NCBI GenBank assembly: GCA_964658305.1
Contig: OZ210885.1
Coordinates: 5,580,001-5,644,000, forward strand
DNA from: Leptogorgia sarmentosa
Taxonomy: Eukaryota
Direction of reading: 5' to 3'
Length of the DNA: 64,000 nucleotides
Part shown: in pieces, positions 46,059 through 60,352 of the stretch
How the letters are laid out: the number at the start of each line of letters is the position of its first letter
How positions within the stretch are numbered: the stretch's first letter is position 1
Position numbers and translations under genes: made by a program
Notes under the pieces: generated by a model
The model's input: only the letters and a program-made list of their open reading frames with translations
Told to the model about the DNA's origin: nothing
The model's database searches: none

Positions 46059-49000
46059 TTAGACCAGAGATGGTCTGAGTTTCATTTCGGTTTTCTTCAA
46101 CGAGTAATAATATCCCTTCCAACCCGCCCAGTTCACACCATCAGCGTACGACTTGTGCGGGCCAAGGTAATAAAATCCATTCAAATTTGATTTGTGGCAA
46201 TCGGAATGCCACCAGGCTCCTTTGTAGGTCACAGCACAATTTCGTCCACTATCCACGTCGTTATCCACATCTCGAGTAGTGAAGGCCATGCCACGTTGGT
46301 ATCCAAAAGAGTCGCCAGCCGTTCCTGAAAATTCAAAAGGGAGGTTGTAAATAAAATAATACAAATTAATAGAATCTTAACATCCTCGGTCAAGCCAAAA
46401 TCAGAGATTAAATGCTATTAAATATTTTGTTTAATTTTTACAGTTTCTATGACAATCCGCGGTAGCAACTTGTTTCGGAACGAACGTCTAGTGACTGTAA
46501 CGACAGGGCGAAACAGAGAATGACAGTGTTACTGGGGTATAACAAGGCCCGTCTCAAAGACACGAGGAGTGGTTTATATTTTGTTGGAAACAAGACAACA
46601 GTCGCATACGTGCTTAAATGCTTTGGGCAAAGCAACACATTAACGTCGTGTTTTGAATAGAAATGTAGAGCTAGGTAGTAATTCACTTGAACATCTCCAC
46701 TGTACTTTGATAGCACATGACACAATCTTTATTTAAGAAATAGAAAACATTTTCCATGTTTTTATAGAGTTATAGAAGCACGCCTGGAAGTTAGGGAGAA
46801 ACAAGAAATTCCGTGGGAAAATAATTTGCACGGAAAAAATGTTTTCTATTTCCTTCAGTAAATAGCCTTTTAAAAACAATAAAAAAGATAAGTTTATTGA
46901 TTTTTATTACATTCATTCAATGATTCATTTTACTGTTTAATTTCCCGCCCAATCCACGCAACCCGCGTCAAAATCCTCGTGTCTCTATAGTGTTTTAGAT
47001 ACACGGGTTTTTTGAGCTCTCGACCAAACAACGCCAGTGTTTTTAAAAGGCTATTTTATAAATAACTATAAGAGAACAACTTGCGACTTAAAATCATTCC
47101 TTATTAAGCCAGTAAACTGGACAGCTCAAATTTCACACACAGGTCGTTCGATAAAGAGTTATGAATACTCCAGAAATTATGAATACCGAATGGTTCTCCG
47201 TGCAGGATTGCGTCATCCATGCACGCGAGATGAGGCGAGAGTTTCGGAAAACTTAAAAATCACGAACCGCAGGCGAGTGACATTCAGCTTTCGGAAACTC
47301 ATGCCACATCCCAAGTGACGAAGTGAATCGATGACACAGTCCTGTATTTATTATATAAATGTGTTTCTTTATCGAAAAAACCGTATTGGAACTGTTGCTA
47401 ATTCACATCCATCGGAAAGAGAAACTCGCACTGGAAATCGAAGCAAAAGTTGCAATGAAAAATGGGGCCGGCTTTTGGCTTTACTTTTGGAAGGGGAGTC
47501 TTCACTAGAAATCTATCATGGAGCTCTCAGTGTCAACCATCGTTGAAATTGTGTTATAATGAAGTATACCTGAATATATGCCCAGACTTAATTTATACTT
47601 GGCATCTTCTGCAGCGATGGCAAAGAAACTGTATTCAGCGTACGTTGTGTTTCCTGTTGTGTCCCACAGGTCGAATCGAATAACTTTTGTACTGACATTT
47701 GTTAGTCGGTGGATTTTGTCCAGACCAAGCCAATATTCGCCTTTGGGATCACCAAAACCATTTTTGTAATCTGTCCAGTTGCGGTAGAAATCTACACTAC
47801 TATCAACACGTCTTTGAATGATCGTCCAACCTCCTCCTGATGTCGTCATATCACATCTTACTCTAAATGCGCCTTTGCCGTCTGGATCAATGGAATAAAC
47901 ACCATTTGTTGTGTGACCTTTCTTATAAAGATCAGAACAGTCTCTTCCTGAAGTAAAAGAAGACAATTTTATACACTTTCTACCTAGATTTATGATCGCC
48001 CATTGGCTACCGGTAGGGAAAAACTAATTTCCTACCATAATACATTATGGAAAATTTGCATCAATAGTATCGTACGCTATGACACTTGAAAAGAATAAAT
48101 GCTGCGGAAAGGAAGATGAATTGAAAAAAAGTTTGTTGGTTATTAATAAATTTTATGGAATAAACTCTGACTTGCTTACTTAAAATTGGGTTTATATTTT
48201 TGTAAAGTCAAAATTGTTAAATTCCGAAAATGATGAAATTTGATGGTGAAATCATACAGTGGTGGTGAAAACAAAATAAGGAAAGAACTGACTTATAAAA
48301 GTGGTGAAAATCCTTAAATTTGGTTAAAAATTGTTGTAATGTTTAGAAGATATAGCCTTACTGGCAAATTTTCTCTTTATTGTGTTTTGTAAGGAATTGC
48401 TGGCACATTTGGCAACATATTTATAAATATATTGGATTTCGTTTTTTCGCGCGTCTAGATCTATCTCTACGCATACAATATTGTTATTGTCTACAATGGG
48501 AACTGTCCATTGATCTAAGCAGATAGCTACAGCTTGAAAACTGCTTATGGCAAGATATTGAAAAATTTGCAAATTACCTGGATTTCCATTGGCATCCTTT
48601 CTCTTTTCCTCTTCTATTTTTGTCTACATTGGAAAATGACTACAATTTTTTGATGTCTGATTTAATATAATATTAGTGAAATAAAGTAGTTGCCTTTTGT
48701 TTTATATACACATACACAGCTCTGATGATTTGGAAGAACTTCTCAAGTGCAGTGTGCATTTAGGCCTAGGTCAAACGTCGAATTTTCATGTGCCGAACCT
48801 AATGTTAACATGACGCTCCAGGGAGCGTTAACTCGCTGGGCATACACAAATAGGGACATATATACATTATACTGTATATCATAGAAATTCGGATTATAAT
48901 TGTTCGGTTTTATTATTATGATCGACGTGCACCGGTGGAAAACCCATTAAACACGCTACCACGAATGTGCAGAGTTAAACACAATTCAAAATCCATAGAA

Positions 49001-50600
49001 AACAGGTACAATTTGTTCAAAATTTTCACGAAATTGTTCAAAACACTTTGCCCACTCCATGAAAGAATATATTATTCATTCTGTTTTGAAAAGGGTAAAT
49101 TTGGTTTTTAGAGAGCCACATTTTTCACAAACAATCCCAAAGCGCTGTCTCTATTTTAAAGACACAATAACATAAATAATGCGATATCATATTTCGTCGA
49201 GTTTTAATGCCAAATGTTTTTATTTGTATGCCAAATGTGTAGATCTGAATACTAAATGTGTTGACCTGACTGGTTGCAAGTGTATTAATTTGAATGTGAT
49301 GTTGAAAAGCGTTTCAAAAATTAAAAGAAATACAGAAAATACTAATCTATCTCTATATAAGGATTTCAACCACAGAGTAAACTACTGTAAACATAGTCTT
49401 GGCCTCAGTGAAGACATTGAGAACAAAAAGTAGGACTCCAAACTCTCATTTGAAAGTAGGGGTTCTACAGGTACCAGCTCTCCTGCATCCGCACTTCAAG
49501 ACATCGCACACATGTCGTCATTTTTGAGGGAAGTGTAAACGCCTGAGCAGGCGTCTTGTTTGCATTAGGTTCAGCGCATGAAAAGTACGACGTTTGACCT
49601 CTGCCTTAGATTCGGCCACGCATCTAGTAATACTCCAACTCGTACTTATTTCCATAATATAAATAATATAATATTAAATTGTTGAATCGAAGGCTTATTT
49701 TGAGTTAACTACGTTTCAATTTAGGTATCCGAACATTGCAATTTAATAAAATTTCAGTGTTACTTGAAAATTACCGTTCAGGCCTATTATGCATTTATGA
49801 TATCGCCCTTCAAGCGATGAAATCGACATACCCTCGCTTCCCGATGAAACCTAGTATAAAAACATGGCAGGGCCGTAACATGAGCGTTGATTGGGGTGTG
49901 TATATTCATATATTTACGTTCTTCCCATGTTCATGGATGTTCATTTCTTTTCAAAATGATTCAAAAGCGACTTATCAAATTGCCATTCTTGCACCATTGG
50001 ATTATAGATCGATAGCAAAATTGCCTCTATGCTTTTTTAATGAACCTGAATATTTTGAAAAGGGTTCACAATTTATTGAAAACTAAACATACCGCTTGTA
50101 CGTAATGTCGCAATGTCCAGTCACCTTTCTTTGCCGTGTTTCTATTTTTTGTGACGTTAGTCAGTTGGCAGTTTTCATCGTTCGTTGCTGTAGTCCTGTA
50201 GTTAAATCCCACACATCTCGACTCTTCTTCACACAGAGAATAACATGTTATCTCAGCAGCAATTATTCCAAGTTTATGACTGGATATAATTTCGTTTGGA
50301 GGTAATGATGGACCCTCTGTGAAATAGTAAAATGATCAAAGTTTACAAGTCAATAGAATTTCTATTATAGAAATGTCCTAAACTAGAAATTTCCAATATA
50401 AAAAAATGTTTTCGCTTTGTTTTAAAACATTGCACGTTATTGAAAGAATTTCTGGTCAACTTAGCAAACGGCAGCAACTATGTATTTTGTGACACAAGAA
50501 AAAATCACTAACCTCTTCTGATGGTTTCGTAATATCGGGAAGAGCAGTCATTCGCTTTCACTGCTCCAATCATCGGCAATAGTAGAATTAAAACGAACAT
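46059..50600 (-). CDS. PAN + FReD secreted protein, copy C, second 5' subtype (exons 50600-50513, 50316-50093, 48623-48578, 47947-47570, 46324-46059)
   Basis: Signal peptide MFVLILLLPMIGAVKANDC; PAN exon TCYSLCEEESRCVGFNY...NCQL...GDW; linker exon TKIEEEKRKDANGNP; FReD exons; compatible phases. Confidence 0.82.
48763..49605. mobile_element. PIF/Harbinger-type MITE in an intron of copy C
   Basis: About 43-bp TIR GGCCTAGGTCAAACGTCG... / ...CGACGTTTGACCTCTGCC; TTA TSD. Confidence 0.82.
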
Positions 50601-52904
50601 ATTTAACCTGTATTCTTGGTAGCGCAAGAGCGTTTATCTGAGAACGTGATGCTTCACAGGTGATTCTCACAATAAGTAATGCGTGCATAGACGCAGGACT
50701 GGCAGGTGCTTGCAAAGAGCGACATGTCGGTAATTTTAAGTGACGTTAACTACGTTATAATTAAACACCATCTTGCCTTTGAGCACAACGTGCAGCTCAT
50801 AATCCGTAATCAAACTTCTGACTGAATCATAATATTCACAGACTTAGCTCTTTCCTAAAAACCATCTGAAATCAAGGTCCTGAACGGTGACAATGAATAG
50901 CCGAATAGACATTCTCATGTTTATAATTATGCTGTAAAACATCTCTTAGTTATGGACCGGATGTAAAATGTTGTTTAAACAACGACTTGAAAGCACATAA
51001 ACTAAAATTATTATTGTCAGCCAGTGACGCCAACTCGAAGACTGAAGTAAAATAAAAGCAATTTTTGACAAAATCTCTCCAGTTTCTGCATGTTGTGTTC
51101 TTATAATATTGTTGAGTTATATTTGTTTACCTAATTACAGTCTATTAGTGTAGGAAATTACACGGTTCGAGAAGTATTAATACTTCGAGAACAAGTGTAA
51201 TTTCGTATTAATATCATTGTAGTACACGTTCACCAACCTTTTTTGTCCAAAGTTGACCGAATAAATGACAGAAAAAACAAGAATTTTAGCGTTGATTTAA
51301 GCGTCCACTTATTTGTTTTTATAATGTATCGCGGGCTAGAAACCGTGCAATTATGTTTAATTTGCACACTGTGCAAATTAAAGTTTAATTTGCACAGTTG
51401 TTGAAGCTTTTTAGCCAATCAGCGTCAGGGAAATTGACAACAATGATATTAACAGCGATACCCTTGTAAAGTCTTGAAATCGCGATCAATTTAAGGATTT
51501 TGGTTTATACACGAGCCATGGGCGTAAGCCCGGTGTGAGGGTACTAATTCCGTACTGTTCCGAGGCTACTAATTCCGCACGTATTCGCACTCTGCGTATT
51601 CGCACTCTGCGAATACTACTAGTACTCTTCGGTACTATAGCGGAGTTGGAGATTCGTCAATTTGACTGCCCGATTTTGGGTTACCATCTACAGGCATTGA
51701 ATTAGACATAACTGGAACGATATATCTCCGGCCAAAAACTTAAAGTCATATTTGACAGCCAGTCCTATAGTAGTTCAAGCACGTTTTTGAGAAAAAATTC
51801 AGCGATTGTACATCTCAACTTCTTTGTGTGCATGTGTGTACGTGCAAATGTTCTGGTGATACTCAATTTACAAGGTTCAGAAATTCTGAAGCCTCGAGCT
51901 CTACGAATTCTGACATGTACAAATCCTAAAGGGTTCAGAAATTCTGAGCCCTGCAAATTCTAGAGGGTTCAGAAATGAAATGTTGCAGGGTTTAGAATTT
52001 CTGTAAATCATAAATGGCTCATAATTTGATTTCCAGGGTTTAAAAATTATCTATGGCCTGAAGTTATATGGATTGAAATTGCTCGTATTATTTGTTTTTT
52101 ATCTTAAATCTTCGTAAAATTCATGGACGTAGGGACGTTTTCAATATGGCAAACATCACCTTTGAACATTTAGGCTCTCTAGATCGCCGGAAATGACCAT
52201 AGTACAAATGATAAATTCCCCGGTCCCCGCCTTTCTAGCCCTTCAATCTGTGGGGGAATGTGGAAAAAAGTTCCCACTCATGGATTTGTAGTTTGAAAAT
52301 TTAAGAAAAAATTACAAATGTTTGCCTGATGTAAAGTGAAAGGGGTCTTGACCCTCGTAATTTAACTTTGAAATAACTCGGATTATTCCACAATAGCACT
52401 GTTAAATCACAGTTTCCCAAGCTCATTTAAAAGAACCTTCTTTGACTGTACAACAGTGTAGGCGTAGCGATGCAAACGAAATCTTATATAATATTTAGTG
52501 TATGAAATAATGTTGGTGGATCAACGTCTTGTTTGTTGAGGTCGAAATTGACATCAGTTGACAACAGAAAGTTGTTACACAGTATGTTTTAATTTCCTCA
52601 AACAAGGTTCTTATATCTCAATTACGATCTTATTCGGTATCTGTGCTGTACGTTTTGAAAATAATTGAGCATAAAGTATATGGACCACAATCGCTCAAGC
52701 TGAAAAAAACAGGTACAGAAGCAAATTGGGTAAAGCCAAACATTTGCTGCAGACTGGAATGATGACAAAAGTGTTCTAACAAAAAATTTATTGAATCACC
52801 TCCGAATTAGATTCAAGCTAATTGTACATGCTGATTTCAATAGAAACATCCAAATAGGATATGAAAATCAAAATAATTCATTAAGTTAAGATTTTACATG
52901 CATA

Positions 52905-55900
52905 TTAGAATCCAAATGGCCTGAGTTTCATTTCGGTTTTCTTCAAGGAATAATAGTGTCCCTTCCACGCATGCCAGTTCACGCCATCAGCGTACGACGT
53001 GTGCGGGCCAAGGTGATAAAAGCCATTCAAATTTGACGCGTGGCAACCCCAATACCACCAGGCTCCTTTGTAGGTCACAGCGCAATTTCGTTCAATATCC
53101 ACGTCGTTATCCACATCTTGTGTGCTGAAGGCCATGCCACGTTGGTATCCAAAAGAGTCGCCAGCCGTTCCTGAAATTGGAGGTTGTAAATAAAATAATA
53201 AAAATTAATACTCTCTTCACATCCTCGGTAAAGCCACAATCAGAGATTAAATGCTATAAAATGTTTTGTTTAATGTCTAGTTTCTATATAGCAATTCCCG
53301 GTAGCTACTTGTTTCAGAACGAACATTAACATATAGTGACTGTAACGACAGGGCGAAATTTCGAAACATAGGTCATTCGATTTATAAAATATTGAATAAA
53401 GGAGTTATAAATGGAAGTATGAATACCGAATGGTTTTCCGTGCAGAATTGCGTCATCCATGCACGCTGGATGTGTCGAGAGTTTCAGAAAACGTAAAAAT
53501 CACGAACCGCAGGCAAGTGACTTTCAGCTTTTGGAAACTCATGCCACATCCCAAGTGACGAAGTGAATCGATGACACAATCCTGTATTTATTATATAAAT
53601 GAGTTTTTTCATAGAAAAATCCGTATTGGAACTGTTACTAATTTACATCCATCGAAAAGAGAAACTCGCACTAGAAATCGAAGCAAAAGTTGCAATGAGA
53701 GATGGGGCTTTTGGCTTTACTGTTGGCAGTGGAGTCTTCACTAGAAATCTATCATGGAGCTCAGACTGTCAACCATTGTCTCGTATTTGAAACTGTGTTA
53801 TCATGAAGTATACCTGAATATGTACCAAGACTTAATTTATACTTGGCATCTTCTGAAGCGACGGCAAAGAAGCTGTATTCAGCGTACGTTGTGTTTCCTG
53901 TTGTGTCCCAAAGGTCAAAGCGAATTACTTTTCTACTGACATTTGTTAGTCGGTGGATTTTGTCAAGACCAACCCAATATTCGCCTGTGGGATCACCAAA
54001 ACCATTTTTGTAATCTGTCCAGTTGCGGTAGAAATCTACACTACCATCAACACGTCTTTGGATTATCGTCCAACCCCCTCCTGATGTCGTCATATCACAT
54101 CTTACTCTAAATGCGCCTTTGCCGTCTGGATCAATGGAATAAACACCATTTGTTGTGTGACCTTTCTTATAAAGATCAGCGCAATTCTTTCCTGGAATAG
54201 AAAAGACGTTTCAATTCATGCTCAATACAATCGTTAACCCGGTTTACCGATCGAAGGTGTTTTCATTCCAGTAATCACCTACATACCATTGTATAATTCG
54301 AGAGAATTGTGGTAAGGGGCGTAGCATCAAGGGGCTGTGAGGTGTGCCACAACCCCACACTTCTGGTAAATGCACTTGTAATACAACTGTAAATATATGG
54401 GACCTTTTGAAGTAGTTTCCCATTTGGGGCAACATAATTGTCGAGGAACTTGAGAGTGTTTGCCCGTTCGGTTACAATGTTGAACGCTGAGAAAATAAAA
54501 AATATCGCCTTAATCATACCTGTAGCGATGGATCCCACCATTTTACTTGCCATAAATTGAGTTTGGAAATATGCGGTTGAATAAATTTCAGAATTGATCT
54601 TTGATGGTGCAACAGCTGACGGCTGAATTACAATTGATGTCTTCACTGTACTGAACTCTATATCTTCCGCAAATGACGTCATACCAGTAACCATGTTGTA
54701 GCTAGGAGTGACCGATGATGTTTTCACTCCATTACCTTTCCCACTACTGGAATAACTTGTGTATGTTCCTCCTCCAACATCATTGATGTTTGAAGTGGAG
54801 TTTTCCATGCCCGTTGTCACGTTAGCTTTATTTTTACGTGTGCTTGTTGCTTGATCTGCACCGGTGCTGTTCAAACTCAGAACTGAAGTATTCGAAGCAT
54901 TCACTAAGATTGAAAGAAAATTAAATTGACGCTTTTTTTCACACTCCCAAATTGTAACTTGTTTTTTCAGAAACATCATCGTGCTATATTAAAAATTCAA
55001 TTTTTATAAACACATTCAATCTTCTTTTTAAACAGAAAATGTATAATGTGTAAAATAGTGAGTAAATTATTGTCTTTGTTAAAGTAAGAAAGATAGTTTA
55101 ATGAAAAGGGTTCATTCCAGGGATGTTCCGAGGCTTTCATACCGGGGGGGGATATCCGAAATTTCCTATTCGAAGATTATAAATGTGCGAATATTCTCTC
55201 AGCACAGAATTCTGTCATAAAATCACTCTTTAAACAGATCACCTTTTAGAGACAAAATAAGGAAAACCACTAAAAAACTTAGGCCAGTTTCGCATTTAAT
55301 TTGAGTCGAGTTTTAAACCCTAGTTTACCCTAAAACGCCGTATGACGCAAAAACAGACACACGCGTTGTATCCATCTTGCCCTGAAGGATATACTGCCCA
55401 TACTGTGACTGTAAGAACGTCCTGGACGAATTAAATTTATTTTCTAAGAAGCTCCATTCGGTCGATTAAAAATTGACTTTAAATATTTAAACAAGAACAT
55501 AAAACTGGCTATTTGGATACTGATCATAGTGTAGCTTTGAAATATTGGACGTAACAAATGGAAATTAATTAAGTGGAAATGGAAATTACGTGCCCTGAGT
55601 TACCTGTGCTACTGTATATGTAATTAGCTAAAGATTACTAAAGAAATCAAGAGCCAAATACCGTGAAGCAAAATGTAATCACTAATACCTTTTATACTGC
55701 CATTTGAGACCTTCGTAAAGCAGCTGTCATTGTACTCCTATATAATATACAATCACTTTAAGATGTGTTGGGACAGATTCCCCAAATACCCATCATTTTC
55801 TGAATCGTCAATCCCCCTTGCCCCCAATGCAATGTTGTGTTATAGTTGGCACTTGGTTTTTACGTACAATCATGTATGTATTGGAAAAACAACATTGAAT

Positions 55901-57424
55901 GGGGTGGGGGAGGGGAGGGGTGTTATAATGGCTTTTAATTATTCGCACAATACCACTGATGTCCTAAGACCACTGGTGTCCCAACTACTTATGAATATGA
56001 TTGTAGAAATCAATAATTTATGCATGGATAGTCTTATCTTTTGTGGTAATAAAATTACAAAGAACTGTTTTTAAAATTGCTGTTTCACCTAAGCGGGACG
56101 ACATTGTTCAGGAAAATTGAGATATCAAGTCTGCAATTTTGCAAGGACGGTCGTTATAATTCCCTTATAGATTAATAATTAGATTATTTTATAAAGGATA
56201 CGTAATTATACATAATTTCAATTGATATATTTCTCTACATTTCTGTTGACTCAGGAAACAAACAAATTTTTCTTCCAATGCTTTTAAATTCGTACTACGG
56301 AAAACAGGGACCGCGGAAGATGTTTTCGATGTTTTCGTGTGGCGGAAAGTCTAAATGAACCTACACCCCCCTCTACCAACCCGCCTTCAAGGGAGAATAA
56401 TGAAATGTAGTCGTTCGTCTTGCTCAATACCTCTCCTTACTACTAATATAAGTCAGAAATTTTGTGAAGACGAAAAACATGTGTTGCCCCCACAAGTTTT
56501 TTTTTGTGGGGGCGACCGCCCCCACTGCCACAACCGTTCCGCTGCCTCTGGTGCGAAAAGATGCGAATACTGACTATTTTGCTCAATCGTGTCATCTCGT
56601 ATTGCTCATCACAACTGGTTAACTAACTATAATATATTTTAAAAAATGCTAGACATGTCACTTGAAGCTTGTAAATAGTTTTTACCTTTTGGGGATTATT
56701 GAGATAAACATGGTTATAAGAACAATTTGCTTCCAAGAGTTTTTGGGAAACATTGTATACCATGTTATGCAACATTTCGCAATTTGATTCATTCAGTGAG
56801 ATGGATGTCTTTTTATAATTGATTGATCGACAGCAAGGCTCTATGACACATTCCACCACACAGGCAAGCCAATCAGAAACCACTTTCGTCATCACAATTG
56901 ACACATTCAGTCTGTAACCTAGTAAATTTGGATGTTTTTTAAAACATGATTACTATATTATGATTTAAATTATTTATAAAAAAGCCTTTTGAAAACATAG
57001 GCGTTGATTGGTCGGAACAAGGCGCTATAAAACAAAAGTGGGGAAAAGGCTACAGCGAATGCAGCATTTTGAAAACAAACATGGCGGGAAAATCTGGGAT
57101 GTCTTTTTTGTTTTCGACACCGCAAAAAAATTGAAAGCTCGAAAAAGCAGGGTTTCTATAACTGAGTAGAAAAACGGTATTCTTCGCGCGGTTTGCCTGG
57201 CGAAGTGTTTATACTAAAACGAAGTGTGAGTATTTCTACCCAATTTCGAGAACATGATTGCATTTCGTGAACAGATATTTTGAGATTTTTACAGCTTACT
57301 TACCCTCGAGACTCGAATTGAAACAAAAACTTGCAATTTGTTTTGTTTTTTCTTCTTCAGCGACAATTACAGCTCTTAATGCAGATGCAATGAAAAAGAT
57401 CAACAAGTAAAACTTTATATGCAT
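52905..57424 (-). CDS. PAN + S/T-rich + FReD secreted protein, copy D (exons 57424-57304, 56918-56686, 55737-55689, 54903-54520, 54191-53814, 53170-52905)
   Basis: Exon lengths identical to copy B; conserved splice sites and FReD motifs. Confidence 0.85.
55750..56003. mobile_element. TA-target MITE in an intron of copy D
   Basis: TA-CAATCA...TGATTG-TA; absent at the paralogous sites ~11340 and ~40673. Confidence 0.72.
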
Positions 57425-60352
57425 CGTTGCTTTGCAGTGATCACCAATTTCCAAGTATTACTGACAGATAGTTATTTTCCTAAAAAAAATTATATAAGGG
57501 GTAATATTAAAGGATTATTGACCGAGCGTGAGGTTAGTGCCGTGAAATATCAGACCGATGTTTTTCAGTAACGGACCGAGCGACGAAGGATCGGAGTCAA
57601 TGGAAAAAAAACAGAGATCTGATGTTTCACAGTACAGACGGAACAAGCGAGGTAAATAATTATTCCACCTATTATGTGCCGGGCTGTCTTTGAGCGTATA
57701 CTTTCACGCGAATTAAATCGGTATCAAGCAGAAATTTGAATGTTTTATCTCTAGATTATCTAGATTTCACTGCTGAAAGTGTACAGAAGCATGCAAACAA
57801 TATGACTCCTTGGCCATCTGGTTATTTGGGGCCGGTTGTATAAAACTCTTATAACTACGTTTTATAATTATCCGTTTCGTATGTAGTTAAATTGTAGTTA
57901 ACTTTTTCGCACGAACAAAGATGCATGGTTAACTTTAACTAAGTTTTCATACAAGCGGCCCCTGAGATGCATGTAGGCTTTTCCAAAGTCTCAACTGAAT
58001 ACGTGTACGTGCGATCAAAAACTGCACACAACGAATGGCGCTGTTTAGTATTTATAATTATAAGAGAGATTTTCTAACATATTGAGAAGTTTTATTCCAA
58101 CTACATTTAAACGACCTAAAAAGAAAGCACTGCATAACTCTATGAACTCACCGGAGTTAAATTATTATTATTTTCGTCTGCCGCAATTCTGTTCTCCTTG
58201 GTATATGAAGCAGGTGCTGTTATGAGTGATGTTTTATGAATTCGTGCGTATAACAGTAAAATAAATATTTATTTTGCGCTGCCTCTAATATTCAAAACCA
58301 TTATTAAACTATTACCATCTTTTACCCATAGTGCATGAGCTGAAGTGAGGCGTATTTCCAAGTGAGCCGTATAAAATTTAAGCCGTTGGACATAAATATT
58401 AAAAACAGTTCGTGCTACTCGAAAATATAAATCGTAATAAAATTCATGTTTTCGTATATCACCCTTCACTACCCAATCAGGTGCAAAATAGGCTTTGTTT
58501 GAATATTCTTATATGAAGTATTCACCGTCACCTGGTCGCAAACACGGTCGAGTATACCAGAAAATGAATGCAAAACTACACAGCTAAAAATATCACTTGC
58601 TCAAGGTTGATAGAAATAGGATGCAACATGTTGAACTTCATAATAGTTCTCAACAAGATTTACAATCCTCCACAACGTTATTGACAACAATGCACAGCTA
58701 CAGGGCAGAACAGCCACTGAGATGATGGGATATGAGCTCTTGAACACTGGGATTTAGTCAAAATTTGGGCTGGGAAATGGGAACAGGAATCCCCTTCAGG
58801 ACCCTCTTAGTATAATAACATACGTAAATTAAACGATGATTTAAAGTATATTTTTATTTTCACACTTTTCAAAATGTGCCAATCAAATTACAGCGTTGTA
58901 GTACAATAATAGTATTCTGTATTATTATTCCACTAAGGGCCCGTTTCAATACACGATCCTCAGCAACTTACACGTTACGATTTTTAGTGCAATTCTTTAA
59001 TTTTTTTTAATAGATGTTAATGCGGGGATTTGTCCAAACGATACGGTCACTTCTAGACCAGAACTCGATGATCTTATCAAGTAAATATACAAGAATGAAG
59101 TCAGATATATTTGTAATTATTCAACACGAACGTGCGCTAAACAAGAGTTAGCTTAGTGCGCGTATTATATCATCGTACATATAATTATTATCCTTAAAGT
59201 TTGTTCTTCGCGAAGTCATTCCTCGAGGTCATCCATTATTATAATTTATCTTGCTTTGGTCAGAATAAGCGATACCTACTTCAAAACTACCCCATTTATC
59301 CAGGGGCGTCACGGGGGACATGGCCCTCGTGCCCCCCCCCCCCCCCGCCCCCCCCCCGATTCCTACGTCCCTGGTAAAATTTATCTCTTATTAAAAAATA
59401 TTTTGCAATGTTAAGCTGAAAGTCCTATATTTGTGCTTAGTATGCAGCTTTTCTAGTCTTTTTGCAGTGTTTTGGCGAGCAATAATAAAGGACGCAAGAG
59501 ATTAAAAAGGTGCAGCAAAATCGCCCGTTTCTGCTATATGGGAAGCATTGTCAACTCGCTAAAAGGCAGTGGCGGCGCTGCAAATTTTTTTCCGTAGACA
59601 GTCGCACACCTCGTTGATGTTCGGACTCATCAATTATTAGAGTCCAGACTCTTTCACTTGATCAATTGATAATATTAACACTTACCCAAAAGGTAGTTCT
59701 CACCCTAACCTTGAACATAAATAACATTTTGAAAGAAAATCTTAAGTACGGGTGAATTTCAAAATAAATCGCCCAAATATCTTTGGCAGAATGAAAAAAA
59801 ATGACAAAAAAATAACGCCCTGATGGGGATCGAACCCAGGCACGTTGCACGCAGTCCGCATGCTTACCACTACACCAACCGCTCAAGCTACCAGGTCTTA
59901 CATTCAAAATCTTTATGATGTTTATTCCTAATGCTAATGTTGACATGATAATAATGATGTGTCCGACCATCAATGAGGTGTCCGACTGTACGGAAAAAAA
60001 GACGCCAGGCACGATTCTTTGGGGTTATTTTTTGGGGAGGGGGATTGAGGGCAAACCAATGAATGACTAGTCATTCAATTGAGTGACTATTATTAAATGA
60101 GGTGCTCGACTATTATTGAGGTACTGTCAGTAGATTGGATATTAGCGCTGGTTGATCCTTTTTATGAAGATTATTATCATGAAAAAGTGTTCTAATGAAT
60201 TTTTACAGTTGTATTTTTGTACTCAAGCTAATTGTACATGAATTTCAATTTACGATAAAACAGCAAAGTAAGATATTAAAGTAGCGTACCCCATGCATGG
60301 CATCAAATGTGCTACCAAAAAAAATTCATCCTGTTAAGATTTTACATGCATG